Source: Candidatus Fermentithermobacillaceae bacterium (lineage in GTDB: Bacteria; Bacillota; Sulfobacillia; Fermentithermobacillales; Fermentithermobacillaceae). From it: a DNA stretch of 64,000 bases. The DNA lies in contig JAAZEL010000038.1 of NCBI GenBank assembly GCA_012512325.1, forward strand, positions 10,518 through 74,517, written 5' to 3'. Under the pieces are notes generated by a model. That model was not told where the DNA came from and did not search any database. It saw nothing but the letters and a program-made list of their open reading frames with translations. Position numbers and translations under genes: made by a program. This document shows positions 48,603 to 57,431 of the stretch, piece by piece; within the stretch, counting starts at the first letter, position 1; every line of letters begins with the position of its first letter.

Positions 48603-50045
48603 TCAGCGGCCTGCAATTCCCATCCTGTTAATGATAGTATCGAGCATTTCGTCTGCCACTGTAATCACCCTGCTGGCTGCGCTAAAAGCATGTTGTTCCC
48701 GTATGAGGTTGGTGATTTCCTCGTCAATGGACACCCCGCTTATGGAATCCCTCCTGTTTGAGAGCTCCTTGACCAGCAGTTCCTGGGTATCGAAGGCGCT
48801 ATCAACTTTCTGGGCATCGATCCCCAAGCTGCCCACAATGACCACCCATTTTTCGGTGAAATCCCCGTCAGACACCTGGAATGAAGGATCCAGGCTCGCA
48901 AGGTACTCAAGGTGCTCGTTGTGGGTGCCTTCTATAAAGTCGGCTATGGCCAAGGCTATGCTGCCGTCAAGGGGATCGTCACCCACCTGGGTCCTGATAT
49001 TACCCGGATCCTGGACGATCAGGTCGTTCACCTTGATAGTCGCCAGTATATCGTCGTGGAACTGGAAGAAGGGAATCCCCTGGATTCCTGAATCAGGGTC
49101 TACGTTCGACATATGGATGAAGTTTATCCCATCCACCACTTTGCGCACCGATTCGCTCAGTTGAACGCGGAATCTGGTTACCACGTCGTCCCTGGCGATC
49201 TTATGGCCGCCCAGGCTGCCGCCGACGGAATCCAGATGGATCTTGTCCGTCTCATTGGGTCCCGTAATCACGTGGAACTTCACGCCTTCAGCGGTAAAGG
49301 CGTATCCCAGTCCGTAGCACTTGTAGCCGTCCACCAGGCGGACCCCGCCCAGGTTGACTTGGACCGTGCCATCTTCCAGGTAGCTCACTGTGGCGCCTGT
49401 GAGTTCGGCCAACTCGTCAAGGAGCAGATCCCGCCTGTCCAGCAAGTCTCCTACAGGCTCTTTCCTGGCAAGCGCCCTGGAAATCTCAACGTTCAATGAG
49501 GTCACCCGTTGCGCAAGCATATTGACTTTGGCAACCGCCGCGTCAATCCCGTTTTCCAGGTCCACTGTGAGTGAGTCCAGCTGGCTCGCCAGGTGCCTCA
49601 GCATGTCACAGAGGGACCGGCCTGCTTCCAGCAGTTGGGCCCTGGCTGAAGCGGAGTCGGGCTCGGAAGAAAGGTCATGCCACGCCGCCCAGAAGAAGTC
49701 TACTGAATCCCTGATGCTCGAATCAGACGGTTCAGCAAACACAATCTGCATGTGCTCAAACACTTCTTTTTGGATGGCTAGCGCGGCTTTTTTCTCCTGT
49801 TCGTTTCTCAGCACCGCATCTACGAACTTGTCTCTGATCCTAGCTATGTCGGCCACCTTCACTCCCATTCCTGATACGCCTACACCCAGCGGCAATCTCT
49901 GGATGATGGGCTCCGAGTTGACCCGTTGCCGGGAATAGCCGGGAGTGGCGGCGTTGGCTATGTTGTGCCCTGTAACATCCATGGCGTGCCTGGCAGCAAT
50001 CAGGGCTGACTTGCCTATCTCAAGAGTGGTAAAGGTCGACGGCAA
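48603..50045 (-). CDS. flgK: flagellar hook-associated protein 1 FlgK
   Basis: 480 aa. N-terminal ...LEIGKSALIAARHAMDVTGHNIANAATPGYSRQ. Confidence 0.9.
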   Translation of the reverse strand: MPSTFTTLEIGKSALIAARHAMDVTGHNIANAATPGYSRQRVNSEPIIQRLPLGVGVSGMGVKVADIARIRDKFVDAVLRNEQEKKAALAIQKEVFEHMQIVFAEPSDSSIRDSVDFFWAAWHDLSSEPDSASARAQLLEAGRSLCDMLRHLASQLDSLTVDLENGIDAAVAKVNMLAQRVTSLNVEISRALARKEPVGDLLDRRDLLLDELAELTGATVSYLEDGTVQVNLGGVRLVDGYKCYGLGYAFTAEGVKFHVITGPNETDKIHLDSVGGSLGGHKIARDDVVTRFRVQLSESVRKVVDGINFIHMSNVDPDSGIQGIPFFQFHDDILATIKVNDLIVQDPGNIRTQVGDDPLDGSIALAIADFIEGTHNEHLEYLASLDPSFQVSDGDFTEKWVVIVGSLGIDAQKVDSAFDTQELLVKELSNRRDSISGVSIDEEITNLIREQHAFSAASRVITVADEMLDTIINRMGIAGR

Positions 50046-50063
50046 TCATACCACCTCCCAATG

Positions 50064-50516
50064 TTAAGCCTTCTGGTCAAAGGCGATAGGCGGATTCTTG
50101 GAAGCCTTAGAGTAGTCATCCTGAGGGAGGAAAAGCCCCAGCTCGAACCTGACGATTTCCAAGCTCTTGGCCAAGAGCTTCTGTGTCTGCTCGTTTATCG
50201 TCTGAAGGCGCCTCACCTTTTCCGCCACTTCGCCCTTTAACCGGGCTTGGACTTCGCTGCTCTCAGGGTCATCAGCCACAAGGAGGGGCTCAGCCCCGAG
50301 CCTCTCCTGAAGGGTATCAAGGTCATTGAGCATCTGCTGCTCCTTACGGATTATCTCTTCCAACCCTTGGCAATCGCCGGCAACCACCAGACGTTGCTTC
50401 TCTTTGGCAGTATCGATCAATCCGTCAAGCAGTGAACCCAAACCGGACAATAAAAACAACGTGGAGGTTTCTTGTTTCCCGGAGGTTTGCTGCTTCAACA
50501 AAATCGCCCCTTTCAC
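50064..50516 (-). CDS. flgN: flagellar protein FlgN-like chaperone
   Basis: Helical, about 145-150 aa, between flgM and flgK as in B. subtilis yvyG. A likely start is the TTG at about 50501 preceded by AAAGGGG. The track ORF starts with the GTG at 50516. Confidence 0.6.
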   Translation of the reverse strand: MKGAILLKQQTSGKQETSTLFLLSGLGSLLDGLIDTAKEKQRLVVAGDCQGLEEIIRKEQQMLNDLDTLQERLGAEPLLVADDPESSEVQARLKGEVAEKVRRLQTINEQTQKLLAKSLEIVRFELGLFLPQDDYSKASKNPPIAFDQKA

Positions 50517-50561
50517 AGGGACGGTAGCACGTTAAGGTAAGGCCTTTATTGAGGCGGGTCG

Positions 50562-50888
50562 TTACCTGATTCGATCTGCCAGGAGCCTTCCCAGCATCTT
50601 TTCTGCCACAGACTCAAGGTCTACTGAATACTCACCGGACTCAACTGCACGGGCAAGAGGCTCGACCAGTTCTTCGCGGATATCGGGGCAAGCGTTAACC
50701 ACCCGCTTTACCTTCTCGATGTCTTCCGCGCTGAATGACAGCTTAACCTTGTCTTGCCTGGCTGGCTGAGCACCACCGGTGTCCCGAGGAACCGGCTTTG
50801 AAGCCTTGCTCGCCTTGTATATCTTGAGCACCTGGTCTATCTGCGTCCTGGATATTTTCACCTTGACATCGCCTCTTTCAGATGCCAC
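50562..50888 (-). CDS. flgM: anti-sigma-28 factor FlgM
   Basis: 108 aa. GTG start. C-terminal ...VESGEYSVDLESVAEKML matches the FlgM sigma-binding helix. Confidence 0.75.
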   Translation of the reverse strand: MASERGDVKVKISRTQIDQVLKIYKASKASKPVPRDTGGAQPARQDKVKLSFSAEDIEKVKRVVNACPDIREELVEPLARAVESGEYSVDLESVAEKMLGRLLADRIR

Positions 50889-50945
50889 CGTCCGTTTTAC
50901 ACATCGTGACGGAGTGGCACCGCGTTTAGCTTTGTTGACCGAAAC

Positions 50946-51392
50946 CTAGAACCGCCTTCTTCTGCGGATCAAGTCAATCGTATACATCCTCGTACTGTCA
51001 TCGACTCTTGGCTTCTCCATGATTGCATCAGGGGCCTCGGGGCCGGCTTCATCAGGACGAAGCTTGTCAAGTTTCGAATTTGACAGGGCTTTCTGGCAAC
51101 TAACGCATATCCGGCCTCTGGAAATGGGGGTCTTACATATGGCGCACTGATTGGTTTCATCAGGTTCAATGTCAACCCCAACCAGGTGCCCCCGGCGCAC
51201 GAACTCGGTGACAATTTCTACGGGAACCCCTGTGTCTTCGCTCACCTTCCTCGCCGTAGCCCTCTTATGCTCTGCCAGGTATTTCTTGACTATCTGAAAC
51301 TGCTCTTCTTCTTTTTCATAACAATCAGGACAAATCGGCACGCCTGAACTTACGAAAACTTTACCACACCTATCACAGTTTTTCACCCGCAA
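50946..51392 (-). CDS. flagellar operon zinc-ribbon protein (YvyF/TIGR03826-like)
   Basis: CDRCGK...CPDCY and CAICKTPISRGRICVSCQ zinc ribbons. Start set at the TTG (codon 21 of the track ORF) preceded by AGGAGGGG. The track start at 51452 would overlap comFC by 55 nt. Confidence 0.6.
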   Translation of the reverse strand: MRVKNCDRCGKVFVSSGVPICPDCYEKEEEQFQIVKKYLAEHKRATARKVSEDTGVPVEIVTEFVRRGHLVGVDIEPDETNQCAICKTPISRGRICVSCQKALSNSKLDKLRPDEAGPEAPDAIMEKPRVDDSTRMYTIDLIRRRRRF

Positions 51393-51397
51393 GTGTA

Positions 51398-52219
51398 TCA
51401 CCCCTCCTCTCGGGTCGAAGGATACGGCATGGTCCGTGCCAGGGTTACGCATAAAACTTCGGCCGCTCCTGCGGATTTCAGGGCCCTGGCTGCTTCGTCA
51501 AGGGTGGCGCCTGTGGTGGCCACGTCATCTACCAGCAAGACTGAAACACCTGCCAGGCGGGAACCGCCTGACACACTCATGGTACCCCTTAAGTTGCGCC
51601 ACCTGTCACGGCGGCTCAGCCGGGCTTGAGAACCGCGAGCCTCCTCCCTTTCTAAAATATCGGCCAAGGGCACGCGAATATTAGACGACACCTCAGCAGC
51701 CAGGTCCTTAGCCTGGTTGTAGCCCCTGGCCTTAAGGCTTGATCTGGAAAGGGGCACGGGGACCACCAGCCCTACGGGGCTGAATTCGTGGCTGAGCTGC
51801 CTGGCCACCTGGCTGAGCAGCCGCCCCAAGGGCCTGGACAACCACCTCTCCCCTGAGTATTTCATCCGGCGAATGGCTGACATGAGCCGGCCCGTGTATA
51901 TGCCGGCTGAGCGCTGCACATCGAAATAATACATGTTGAGGCGGCAGTCATTGCACAACTCCAAAGGAGGGCGCAGGGGCATGCCGCACACTTTGCACAC
52001 CCAGGCCATTTGCTGCGCCAGCTGGGCGGTGCACTCGCTGCATATGCCGGTGAATATGCCGGCATCGCCTGCAACAGGGGCATTGCGCCCATGCTCCGAA
52101 AATGGATGGCCCCTCGGTATCGGGCTTCCGCTGGAAACCGGAGCGAAGCACAAAGGACAACGGGCAGGATCACCGTAAACCCAATGGGACAACTTGTCCA
52201 ATGCCTCAAGCCAGGCCAT
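51398..52219 (-). CDS. comFC: ComF family protein (ComFC-like phosphoribosyltransferase)
   Basis: 273 aa. N-terminal CPLC...C..C zinc finger and a C-terminal PRTase motif VLLVDDVATTGATL. Confidence 0.8.
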   Translation of the reverse strand: MAWLEALDKLSHWVYGDPARCPLCFAPVSSGSPIPRGHPFSEHGRNAPVAGDAGIFTGICSECTAQLAQQMAWVCKVCGMPLRPPLELCNDCRLNMYYFDVQRSAGIYTGRLMSAIRRMKYSGERWLSRPLGRLLSQVARQLSHEFSPVGLVVPVPLSRSSLKARGYNQAKDLAAEVSSNIRVPLADILEREEARGSQARLSRRDRWRNLRGTMSVSGGSRLAGVSVLLVDDVATTGATLDEAARALKSAGAAEVLCVTLARTMPYPSTREEG

Positions 52220-52252
52220 AATACACCTCTCTACCCCTTTACAGCTGCGCGA

Positions 52253-52392
52253 GCCTTACGGGTGTGCCGGCCTTACGGGCGTGTCGTGTCGGGCCCTGCG
52301 GCGGTGCCGGGCCCCCCGGCTGTACCGGCCCCTATGGCTGTGTCGGACCCTGCGGCTGTGCTGGCCCCTACGGCTGTGTCGGACCCACGCAG
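52253..52392. repeat. 18-nt tandem repeat (SCCYNNGGCTGTGYYGGM), about 7 copies, upstream of comFC
   Basis: gccttacgggtgtgccgg / ...gccctgcggcggtgccgg / gccccccggctgtaccgg / cccctatggctgtgtcgg / accctgcggctgtgctgg / cccctacggctgtgtcgg / accc... All six frames stay open across it, which produces the spurious track ORFs. Confidence 0.65.
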
Positions 52393-52718
52393 GAACTCGG
52401 ATTGATGACGAAATCAGCTTCAGCTGAAAGGTGCGACGCGATGACCCCGTCATCGACAAGCTTCCTCACCACTGCGACACATTGATGGCTGCAGCCCCTG
52501 GCATCCACGGCAATCTCAAGGTCAACGCCGGCCAATTGCCACCCGAGCTTCAGGCAACGCACCAGAGGTTCAACAACTTCCTGGAGATCGGGACATCCGG
52601 TTAGGGATACGATGACTCTCACCGGACCAGAAGTAGGCTTCAGCACTGCACCTTCCAGTATTACCAGAATACACCAATAGGAGACGGACAACAAGAGCAG
52701 CTTGTTGACGTCGGCCAA
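52368..52718 (-). CDS. hypothetical Cys-containing small protein (116 aa)
   Basis: ORF only. Hydrophobic N-terminus. Cys in TGCPD...RC...GCSHQC. No family recognised, and it is not ComFB-like. Confidence 0.4.
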   Translation of the reverse strand: MADVNKLLLLSVSYWCILVILEGAVLKPTSGPVRVIVSLTGCPDLQEVVEPLVRCLKLGWQLAGVDLEIAVDARGCSHQCVAVVRKLVDDGVIASHLSAEADFVINPSSCVGPTQP

Positions 52719-52798
52719 GAAACTTCCCCCTCAGCAATATATGCGTCGGGGGAAGCACATGGCAGTCAGAGCAGTTACCAACACAATCGTGAAAGCAG

Positions 52799-53986
52799 TT
52801 AAACGTACTTCAGGATATCATCCTTAAGGTCTAACCGCTCCCACGGAAGGTCCAAATCTTCCCTTCCGAAGTGGCCGTAACATGATACCTGCGAGTATAT
52901 GGGCCTCCGCAGGTCGAACCGTTCGATAATGGCCCCCGGCCTGAAATCGAAGGTTTTCTTCACAACCTCCAGAATGGCTTCATCAGGCACTTGTGCCGTG
53001 CCCTTGGTGTCAACGGTGATTGAAACAGGTTGCGCCACTCCTATTACATACGCCACTTGGACCTCGCATTCACGGGCCAAGCCTGCAGCCACCACATTCT
53101 TGGCTGCGTAACGGGCGGCGTAACTCCCTGAGCGGTCAACCTTAGTGGGGTCTTTTCCTGAGAAACTCCCGCCTCCGTGCCTGGCAAATCCTCCGTAAGT
53201 GTCTACGATGATCTTGCGTCCTGAGAGCCCGCTGTCCCCTTGAGGGCCTCCTACCACAAACCTTCCGGTGGCGTTGACCAGTATGCGGGTATCGTCATCC
53301 ATGAGATCCGCCGGAATGGTCTCCCTTATTACATGCTCAACAATGTCTTCGCGTATTTTGGAAAGGGCAACTTCGCTCGCATGTTGTGCGGAGACCACCA
53401 CGGTATGTACTCTTACGGGCTGGCTGTCGTAGTATTCTACGGTAACTTGAGTCTTCCCGTCAGGCCTGAGGTAAGGCAGAATCTTCTCGTGCCGAACCTG
53501 AGACAGCCGTCTGGCCAAGCGGTGTGCCAGGTGAATGGAGATGGGCATGTACACATCGGTTTCGTCGCAGGCATAACCGAACATAAGGCCCTGGTCACCG
53601 GCACCCAAAGTCTCAGGCATTTCGCCCAGCTTGGACTCAAGGGAACGGTCTACGCCCAGAGCTATGTCAGGGGACTGGTCTTCGATTGCAGTGAGCACCG
53701 CGCATGTATCGGCGTCAAAACCGAATTTGGCCCGGGTATAACCGATGCGGCGCAAGGTGTCCCTGACGATATCCGGCATCTCCACGTAGCACTCGGTGGA
53801 TATCTCTCCTGCTACCAACACAAACCCTGTCTTGACGAGGCATTCACAGGCAACCCGCGCAACCTTGTCCTTCTCAAGGATCGCATCGAGGATGGCATCG
53901 ACAATCTGGTCGGCTACTTTATCCGGGTGGCCCTCAGTCACAGATTCTGAAGTGAACAGCTGTCTTCCTCTGCCCATCGTTGGCAT
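52799..53986 (-). CDS. metK: S-adenosylmethionine synthetase
   Basis: [23 protein letters not shown] and the rest of the MetK core. Start assigned to the ATG at 53986 (MPTMGRG...), GGAGGTG upstream. The track ORF starts at 54004. Confidence 0.9.
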   Translation of the reverse strand: MPTMGRGRQLFTSESVTEGHPDKVADQIVDAILDAILEKDKVARVACECLVKTGFVLVAGEISTECYVEMPDIVRDTLRRIGYTRAKFGFDADTCAVLTAIEDQSPDIALGVDRSLESKLGEMPETLGAGDQGLMFGYACDETDVYMPISIHLAHRLARRLSQVRHEKILPYLRPDGKTQVTVEYYDSQPVRVHTVVVSAQHASEVALSKIREDIVEHVIRETIPADLMDDDTRILVNATGRFVVGGPQGDSGLSGRKIIVDTYGGFARHGGGSFSGKDPTKVDRSGSYAARYAAKNVVAAGLARECEVQVAYVIGVAQPVSITVDTKGTAQVPDEAILEVVKKTFDFRPGAIIERFDLRRPIYSQVSCYGHFGREDLDLPWERLDLKDDILKYV

Positions 53987-54072
53987 AGCCAGGCACACCT
54001 CCACGGGGAGTAATGTCCGAATCTAACCAGGCTACAGGCTGGAGTGTTTAAATCATCTTAGCACTGGCTGAA

Positions 54073-54078
54073 ATTATA
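54073..54078 (-). promoter_or_regulatory. candidate -10 box (TATAAT) for metK
   Basis: Minus-strand gacTATAATttc lies about 90 nt upstream of the metK start. No convincing -35 box. No S-box (SAM-I) consensus in the about 75-nt leader. Confidence 0.3.
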
Positions 54079-54079
54079 G

Positions 54080-54706
54080 TCAAACGCCCAAGGCAAACAC
54101 AAAGACGGCAGCCGCTACCTCCCGGCCTGCTACGAATGCCTTTCCCCGTGCCCTGCATACGTTCATGCGCAAAGGTTCGACCTCCACTTCAGCGCGCAGG
54201 GTGTCACCGGGCTTCACCGGCTGCTTGAACCGGGCGTTTTCAATCGCAGCCAGATAGGCCGGCTTGCCCCTGCGGCCCGGTTCGGACAGGACGGCCAAAG
54301 CAGCGGTCTGCGCCATCATCTCCAGGGTAATCACGCCGGGGAACACAGGCTCCTGGGGGAAATGCCCCCGGAAGAGCACATGATCTCTGGGGACATCGTA
54401 TTCAGCCACAGCCCATCGGCCCTGCTGTATGCTTATTGCGCGGGTCACAAACAGAAAGGGCGGCCGGTGCGGGAGGATGTCCGTGATAGGGGTAAGGCTT
54501 TCGCATCCGTTAGCCAGGTCAGGAGGCTTCGTACTATCGTGGCACGGATGACTCGTGGTATCCCGGCATGGAGGGTTCGCCTTATCGTCGCACGGATGGT
54601 TCGTGCCGTCCCGGCATCGATGGTTCGTGTTATCTTTTCGAGGAGGGTTGGCATTATCGTGGAATGGAAGGTTCATATTATCACGGCATCGGGCTTTCCT
54701 GTCCAT
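54080..54706 (-). CDS. fabZ: 3-hydroxyacyl-[ACP] dehydratase FabZ, possibly with a repeat-containing N-terminal extension
   Basis: The C-terminal about 145 aa are FabZ (ILPHRPPFLFV...HFPQEPVFPGVITLEMMAQT...). No in-frame ATG directly precedes the hot-dog domain. The nearest credible start is the ATG at 54706 (MDRKARCRDN..., GGGAG 9 nt upstream), which gives about 60 aa of octapeptide repeats. The track ORF to 54982 overlaps the flgJ-like gene. Confidence 0.65.
   Translation of the reverse strand: MDRKARCRDNMNLPFHDNANPPRKDNTNHRCRDGTNHPCDDKANPPCRDTTSHPCHDSTKPPDLANGCESLTPITDILPHRPPFLFVTRAISIQQGRWAVAEYDVPRDHVLFRGHFPQEPVFPGVITLEMMAQTAALAVLSEPGRRGKPAYLAAIENARFKQPVKPGDTLRAEVEVEPLRMNVCRARGKAFVAGREVAAAVFVFALGV
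54526..54693. repeat. 24-nt tandem repeat, 7 copies (GGTTCGTGNTATCNNGGCANSGAN)
   Basis: Units at 54526, 54550, 54574, 54598, 54622, 54646 and 54670. Spans the fabZ 5' region and the last codons of the flgJ-like gene. On the minus strand it encodes about 7 times an 8-aa T-N-H-P-C-R-D-x unit. Confidence 0.7.
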
Positions 54707-55001
54707 CCTCATCATCTCCCGGCAAGTCGCTGGGAGATGATTTCGACAGTTGGTCATAAAGCACCTTCGCCAGGCCGATTCCTCCTCCTTGGGCCCACAC
54801 CTGTCCCATGGATTGGGACATGAGCACGTCCCATGGCCCAAGGTCCACGCCTGCATTCTTGGCCATGTTGCGCCACAGGATTGTGAGAAACAGGGACTCA
54901 AATTCACGGCAAGCTTCAGCCAGTTTGAGATCTTGCTTATCCTGGTTTGAACCTGCAACTCTGGCCAAGCTGTAAGGTACAATGCTTATGTGGTTGTCCA
55001 T
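54681..55001 (-). CDS. flagellar rod-binding (FlgJ N-terminal-like, Rod_binding domain) protein
   Basis: 106 aa. ...LAEACREFESLFLTILWRNMAKNAG...GGGIGLAKVLYDQL matches the rod-binding domain pattern. Sits downstream of the rod genes. Confidence 0.6.
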   Translation of the reverse strand: MDNHISIVPYSLARVAGSNQDKQDLKLAEACREFESLFLTILWRNMAKNAGVDLGPWDVLMSQSMGQVWAQGGGIGLAKVLYDQLSKSSPSDLPGDDEDGQESPMP

Positions 55002-55189
55002 ATGTCATGTCCCTTCCGCATCGATTCCGTATGAACAATCAGAGCCTCATTACTCATTGTCCGCATCGGCCATCTCATTATCCTCTCATTGTCCTCATCA
55101 GCTATCTCATTACCCTCATCAGTCTCATTGCTTTGTCTTCATAGGCATCTCATGGTCCTGCATTCGATCCCGACGTGGAATTGTGAGGT

Positions 55190-55951
55190 TTAGCGCCTTA
55201 TACTGTTTGCAATGGCCCACATCTGATCGGCTGTCTCCACCGACTTGGAGTTAAGCTCAAAAGCCCGCTGGGCGATAATCAGGTTCACCATCTCAGACAC
55301 GATTTCTACGTTGGATTTCTCTATGTAACCTGACAAGATAGTGCCCGAACCCTGCTGGCCGGGCTGCACTTCAATCCCTTGCCCCGACTGAGGGGTCTCT
55401 CTGTACAGATTCGAACCTATTGCGTGCAAGCCTGCGGGATTAGGGAACATGGTAATCACAATTTGCCCAAACTCCTCGAAAGCGCCGCCTATCCTGGCCC
55501 GGATTACGCCTTCCTCATCTATGCTTATCTCCTCGGCCTCGGGGGGAATCCTGCTTCCGTTTCTCAACCTCACGAGATGGCCGTTGGCAGTCACCAACCT
55601 GCCCTGGCTGTCCAGCCTGAACGAACCGTCCCGGGTGTAATAGTCGTTGCCGTCAGGACCGGCTATGGTGAAGAAGCCCTGGCCCTGAATAGCCAGGAAC
55701 AGGGGATCGTCCGCCGGCTCAAGAGCGCCCTGCCCGAAGTCCCTGTAGGTGCCTGCCACACGCACCCCGCTTCCTACCGAAGCCAGACTGTTCCTGCCCA
55801 CCAGGATGTTCTGATAGTAGAGGTCCTGGAAGTCCACCCGCTGTCTCTTGAAGCCCAGAGTGCTCACGTTAGCAAGGTTATTGGAGATGTTGTCTATGTT
55901 GAACTGCTGGGCCGTCATGCCCGTCGCACCGGACCACAGAGCTCTTATCAT
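55190..55951 (-). CDS. flgG: flagellar basal-body rod protein FlgG (FlhP-like)
   Basis: 253 aa. N-terminal ...GMTAQQFNIDNISNNLANVSTLGFKRQ and a C-terminal rod domain ...NVEIVSEMVNLIIAQRAFELNSK. Confidence 0.85.
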   Translation of the reverse strand: MIRALWSGATGMTAQQFNIDNISNNLANVSTLGFKRQRVDFQDLYYQNILVGRNSLASVGSGVRVAGTYRDFGQGALEPADDPLFLAIQGQGFFTIAGPDGNDYYTRDGSFRLDSQGRLVTANGHLVRLRNGSRIPPEAEEISIDEEGVIRARIGGAFEEFGQIVITMFPNPAGLHAIGSNLYRETPQSGQGIEVQPGQQGSGTILSGYIEKSNVEIVSEMVNLIIAQRAFELNSKSVETADQMWAIANSIRR

Positions 55952-55976
55952 TCCGGTCTACCTCCCTCATCTACAC

Positions 55977-56150
55977 GCTTCCTATTTTTGCATGCTGCCT
56001 ATTCCTGCGCGCTTCCTGTTTCAGGCTAGCTTCCTATTTTTGCACGCTTCCCGTTTCCTGCTAGCTTCCTATTCTTGCACGCTTCCCGTTTCCTGCTAGC
56101 TTCCTATTCTTGCATGCTTCCTGGTTCTGCACGCTTCCTGTTCCTGCCGG
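55977..56150. repeat. about 36-nt tandem repeat (gcttcctattcttgcacgcttcccgtttcctgctag), about 4-5 copies, upstream of flgG
   Basis: Copies at about 55977 (degenerate), 56029, 56065 and 56101. The minus (mRNA-sense) strand is rich in GGAAG/AGGAA motifs. Confidence 0.65.
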
Positions 56151-56206
56151 TTCCCGCCCCTACATGCTCCATATTCCTGCACGACTCCTGGAAGGCTGCT
56201 CCGCAA

Positions 56207-56944
56207 CTACACTCTTCCAACCCGGTTCACAGCTTGCTCCAGGGTCTCATCGTGGGAACGCAATGCCCGCTGGGCAGCTTCGTATACCCTCATTGATGTA
56301 ATGAGGGCTACCATTTCAGACACAGGGTCCACCGTGGACTTCTCAAGCACCCCCACCAGCACCCTGGGAGACTCAATCTGGGTGGCGTATCCTCCGATCA
56401 GCCTAAGAAGGCCGTTACCCTCTTTCTCCAACTCATAGTCTCCTGAAAACGAGAAAACCGACAGGCTGTCCACCGTTTCATCGTCAGCGACTACGCTCCC
56501 GTCGTCGGAAATGCTGTAGACCTTGCCTGCCTCAAGGGCAATGGGGCCGCTTGTGCCCAACACCCTGTATCCGCCCACTGTGAGGCAACCGTCCATGTCC
56601 CTGAGGTTGCCCATACGCGTGTACCTGGTGCCTGCAGGAGTCTCAACGGCCAAGTAGGTACCCTGGGGCAAGGCAATGTCCAAAGGCCTGTGGGTGGTCT
56701 CAAGCCCGCCTACAAGGTCCATGGTGGCAATATCGTGAAGTACCGTTCCGCTGGAAAAACCTCCGATGGCTGTGTGGGACAGGCTCTCGAACCTGTACAT
56801 CAGCGCATCGTGGAAGCTCTGAAACACCACTTTGTCCTTTTGATACGCTACGGTGTCCACATTGGCCAGGTTGTTGGCGATCACTTCCTGGTTGAGCACC
56901 TGAGCCCTCATGGCCGTAGCGGCAGACAGAATGCCTTTGATCAA
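56207..56944 (-). CDS. flgF: flagellar basal-body rod protein FlgF (FlhO-like)
   Basis: 245 aa. ...AQVLNQEVIANNLANVDTVAYQKDK... and C-terminal ...DPVSEMVALITSMRVYEAAQRAL. Confidence 0.8.
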   Translation of the reverse strand: MIKGILSAATAMRAQVLNQEVIANNLANVDTVAYQKDKVVFQSFHDALMYRFESLSHTAIGGFSSGTVLHDIATMDLVGGLETTHRPLDIALPQGTYLAVETPAGTRYTRMGNLRDMDGCLTVGGYRVLGTSGPIALEAGKVYSISDDGSVVADDETVDSLSVFSFSGDYELEKEGNGLLRLIGGYATQIESPRVLVGVLEKSTVDPVSEMVALITSMRVYEAAQRALRSHDETLEQAVNRVGRV

Positions 56945-57049
56945 GTAAAAATCCCCCTTGAAGTTTTATCGGCCAAGGGCTCAAACGTATTAGGTGTCTG
57001 AGGAGGAAATGGTTTATTGCAAACAGACCCAGCACCCAATGGTCAGAGT

Positions 57050-57230
57050 CAGACCATCCATCGTGGCGATCTGGATATTTCGGGCAAGGTAGTCGTTACC
57101 CTGCAAAGGCCTTCGCAGCTCAGGCCATACATCGTGGCAATCTGAACATTTTCGGGCAAGGTAGTCGTGACTCTACGGTAGCCTTCGCAACTTAGACCAT
57201 ACATCGCGGTAATGCGGTAATCCGGTCATT
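57050..57230. repeat. about 71-nt direct repeat, about 2.4 copies (atcgtggcRatctgRayatttYcgggcaaggtagtcgt...ccttcgca...cat)
   Basis: Copy starts at about 57060, 57131 and 57203 (partial), read from the sequence. Confidence 0.65.
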
Positions 57231-57431
57231 TCCGGACCGGTATAGGACCGGGTCTGTGGGGGCTAATCTGAGACCGGTTTTGGTACTGCACCGGCCAAGA
57301 GGCTACCGGATGTTGCAGGAGACCGGCCAATCCCAGACCAGGTTCCGACCAAATCCTGACACTCCGGTCGATCTCAAACCAGCTTGGCTCTCGAGTTGGT
57401 CAGAAGCAGGCCAGCCGCGCCGTAGAATGGC

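Noticed and set aside
50889-50945. sigma-D (sigma-28) promoter upstream of flgM
   Set aside because: TAAA-N15-17-CACGATGT matches the -10 consensus GCCGATAT at only 5 of 8 positions. Too weak to call.
52010-52485. Five overlapping 60-130-aa ORFs across the comFC upstream region
   Set aside because: All are artefacts of the 18-nt (6-codon) tandem repeat keeping every frame open. They have proline/arginine/cysteine-rich low-complexity translations.
53987-54079. SAM-I (S-box) riboswitch upstream of metK
   Set aside because: The leader is too short, at about 90 nt. Conserved S-box blocks were not found on the minus strand.
54707-54982. Upstream part of the 300-aa ORF 54080..54982 (fabZ frame)
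   Set aside because: It overlaps the flgJ-like rod-binding gene (54681..55001) in another frame. Its translation is unrelated to FabZ, and the openness is probably caused by the in-phase tandem repeats.
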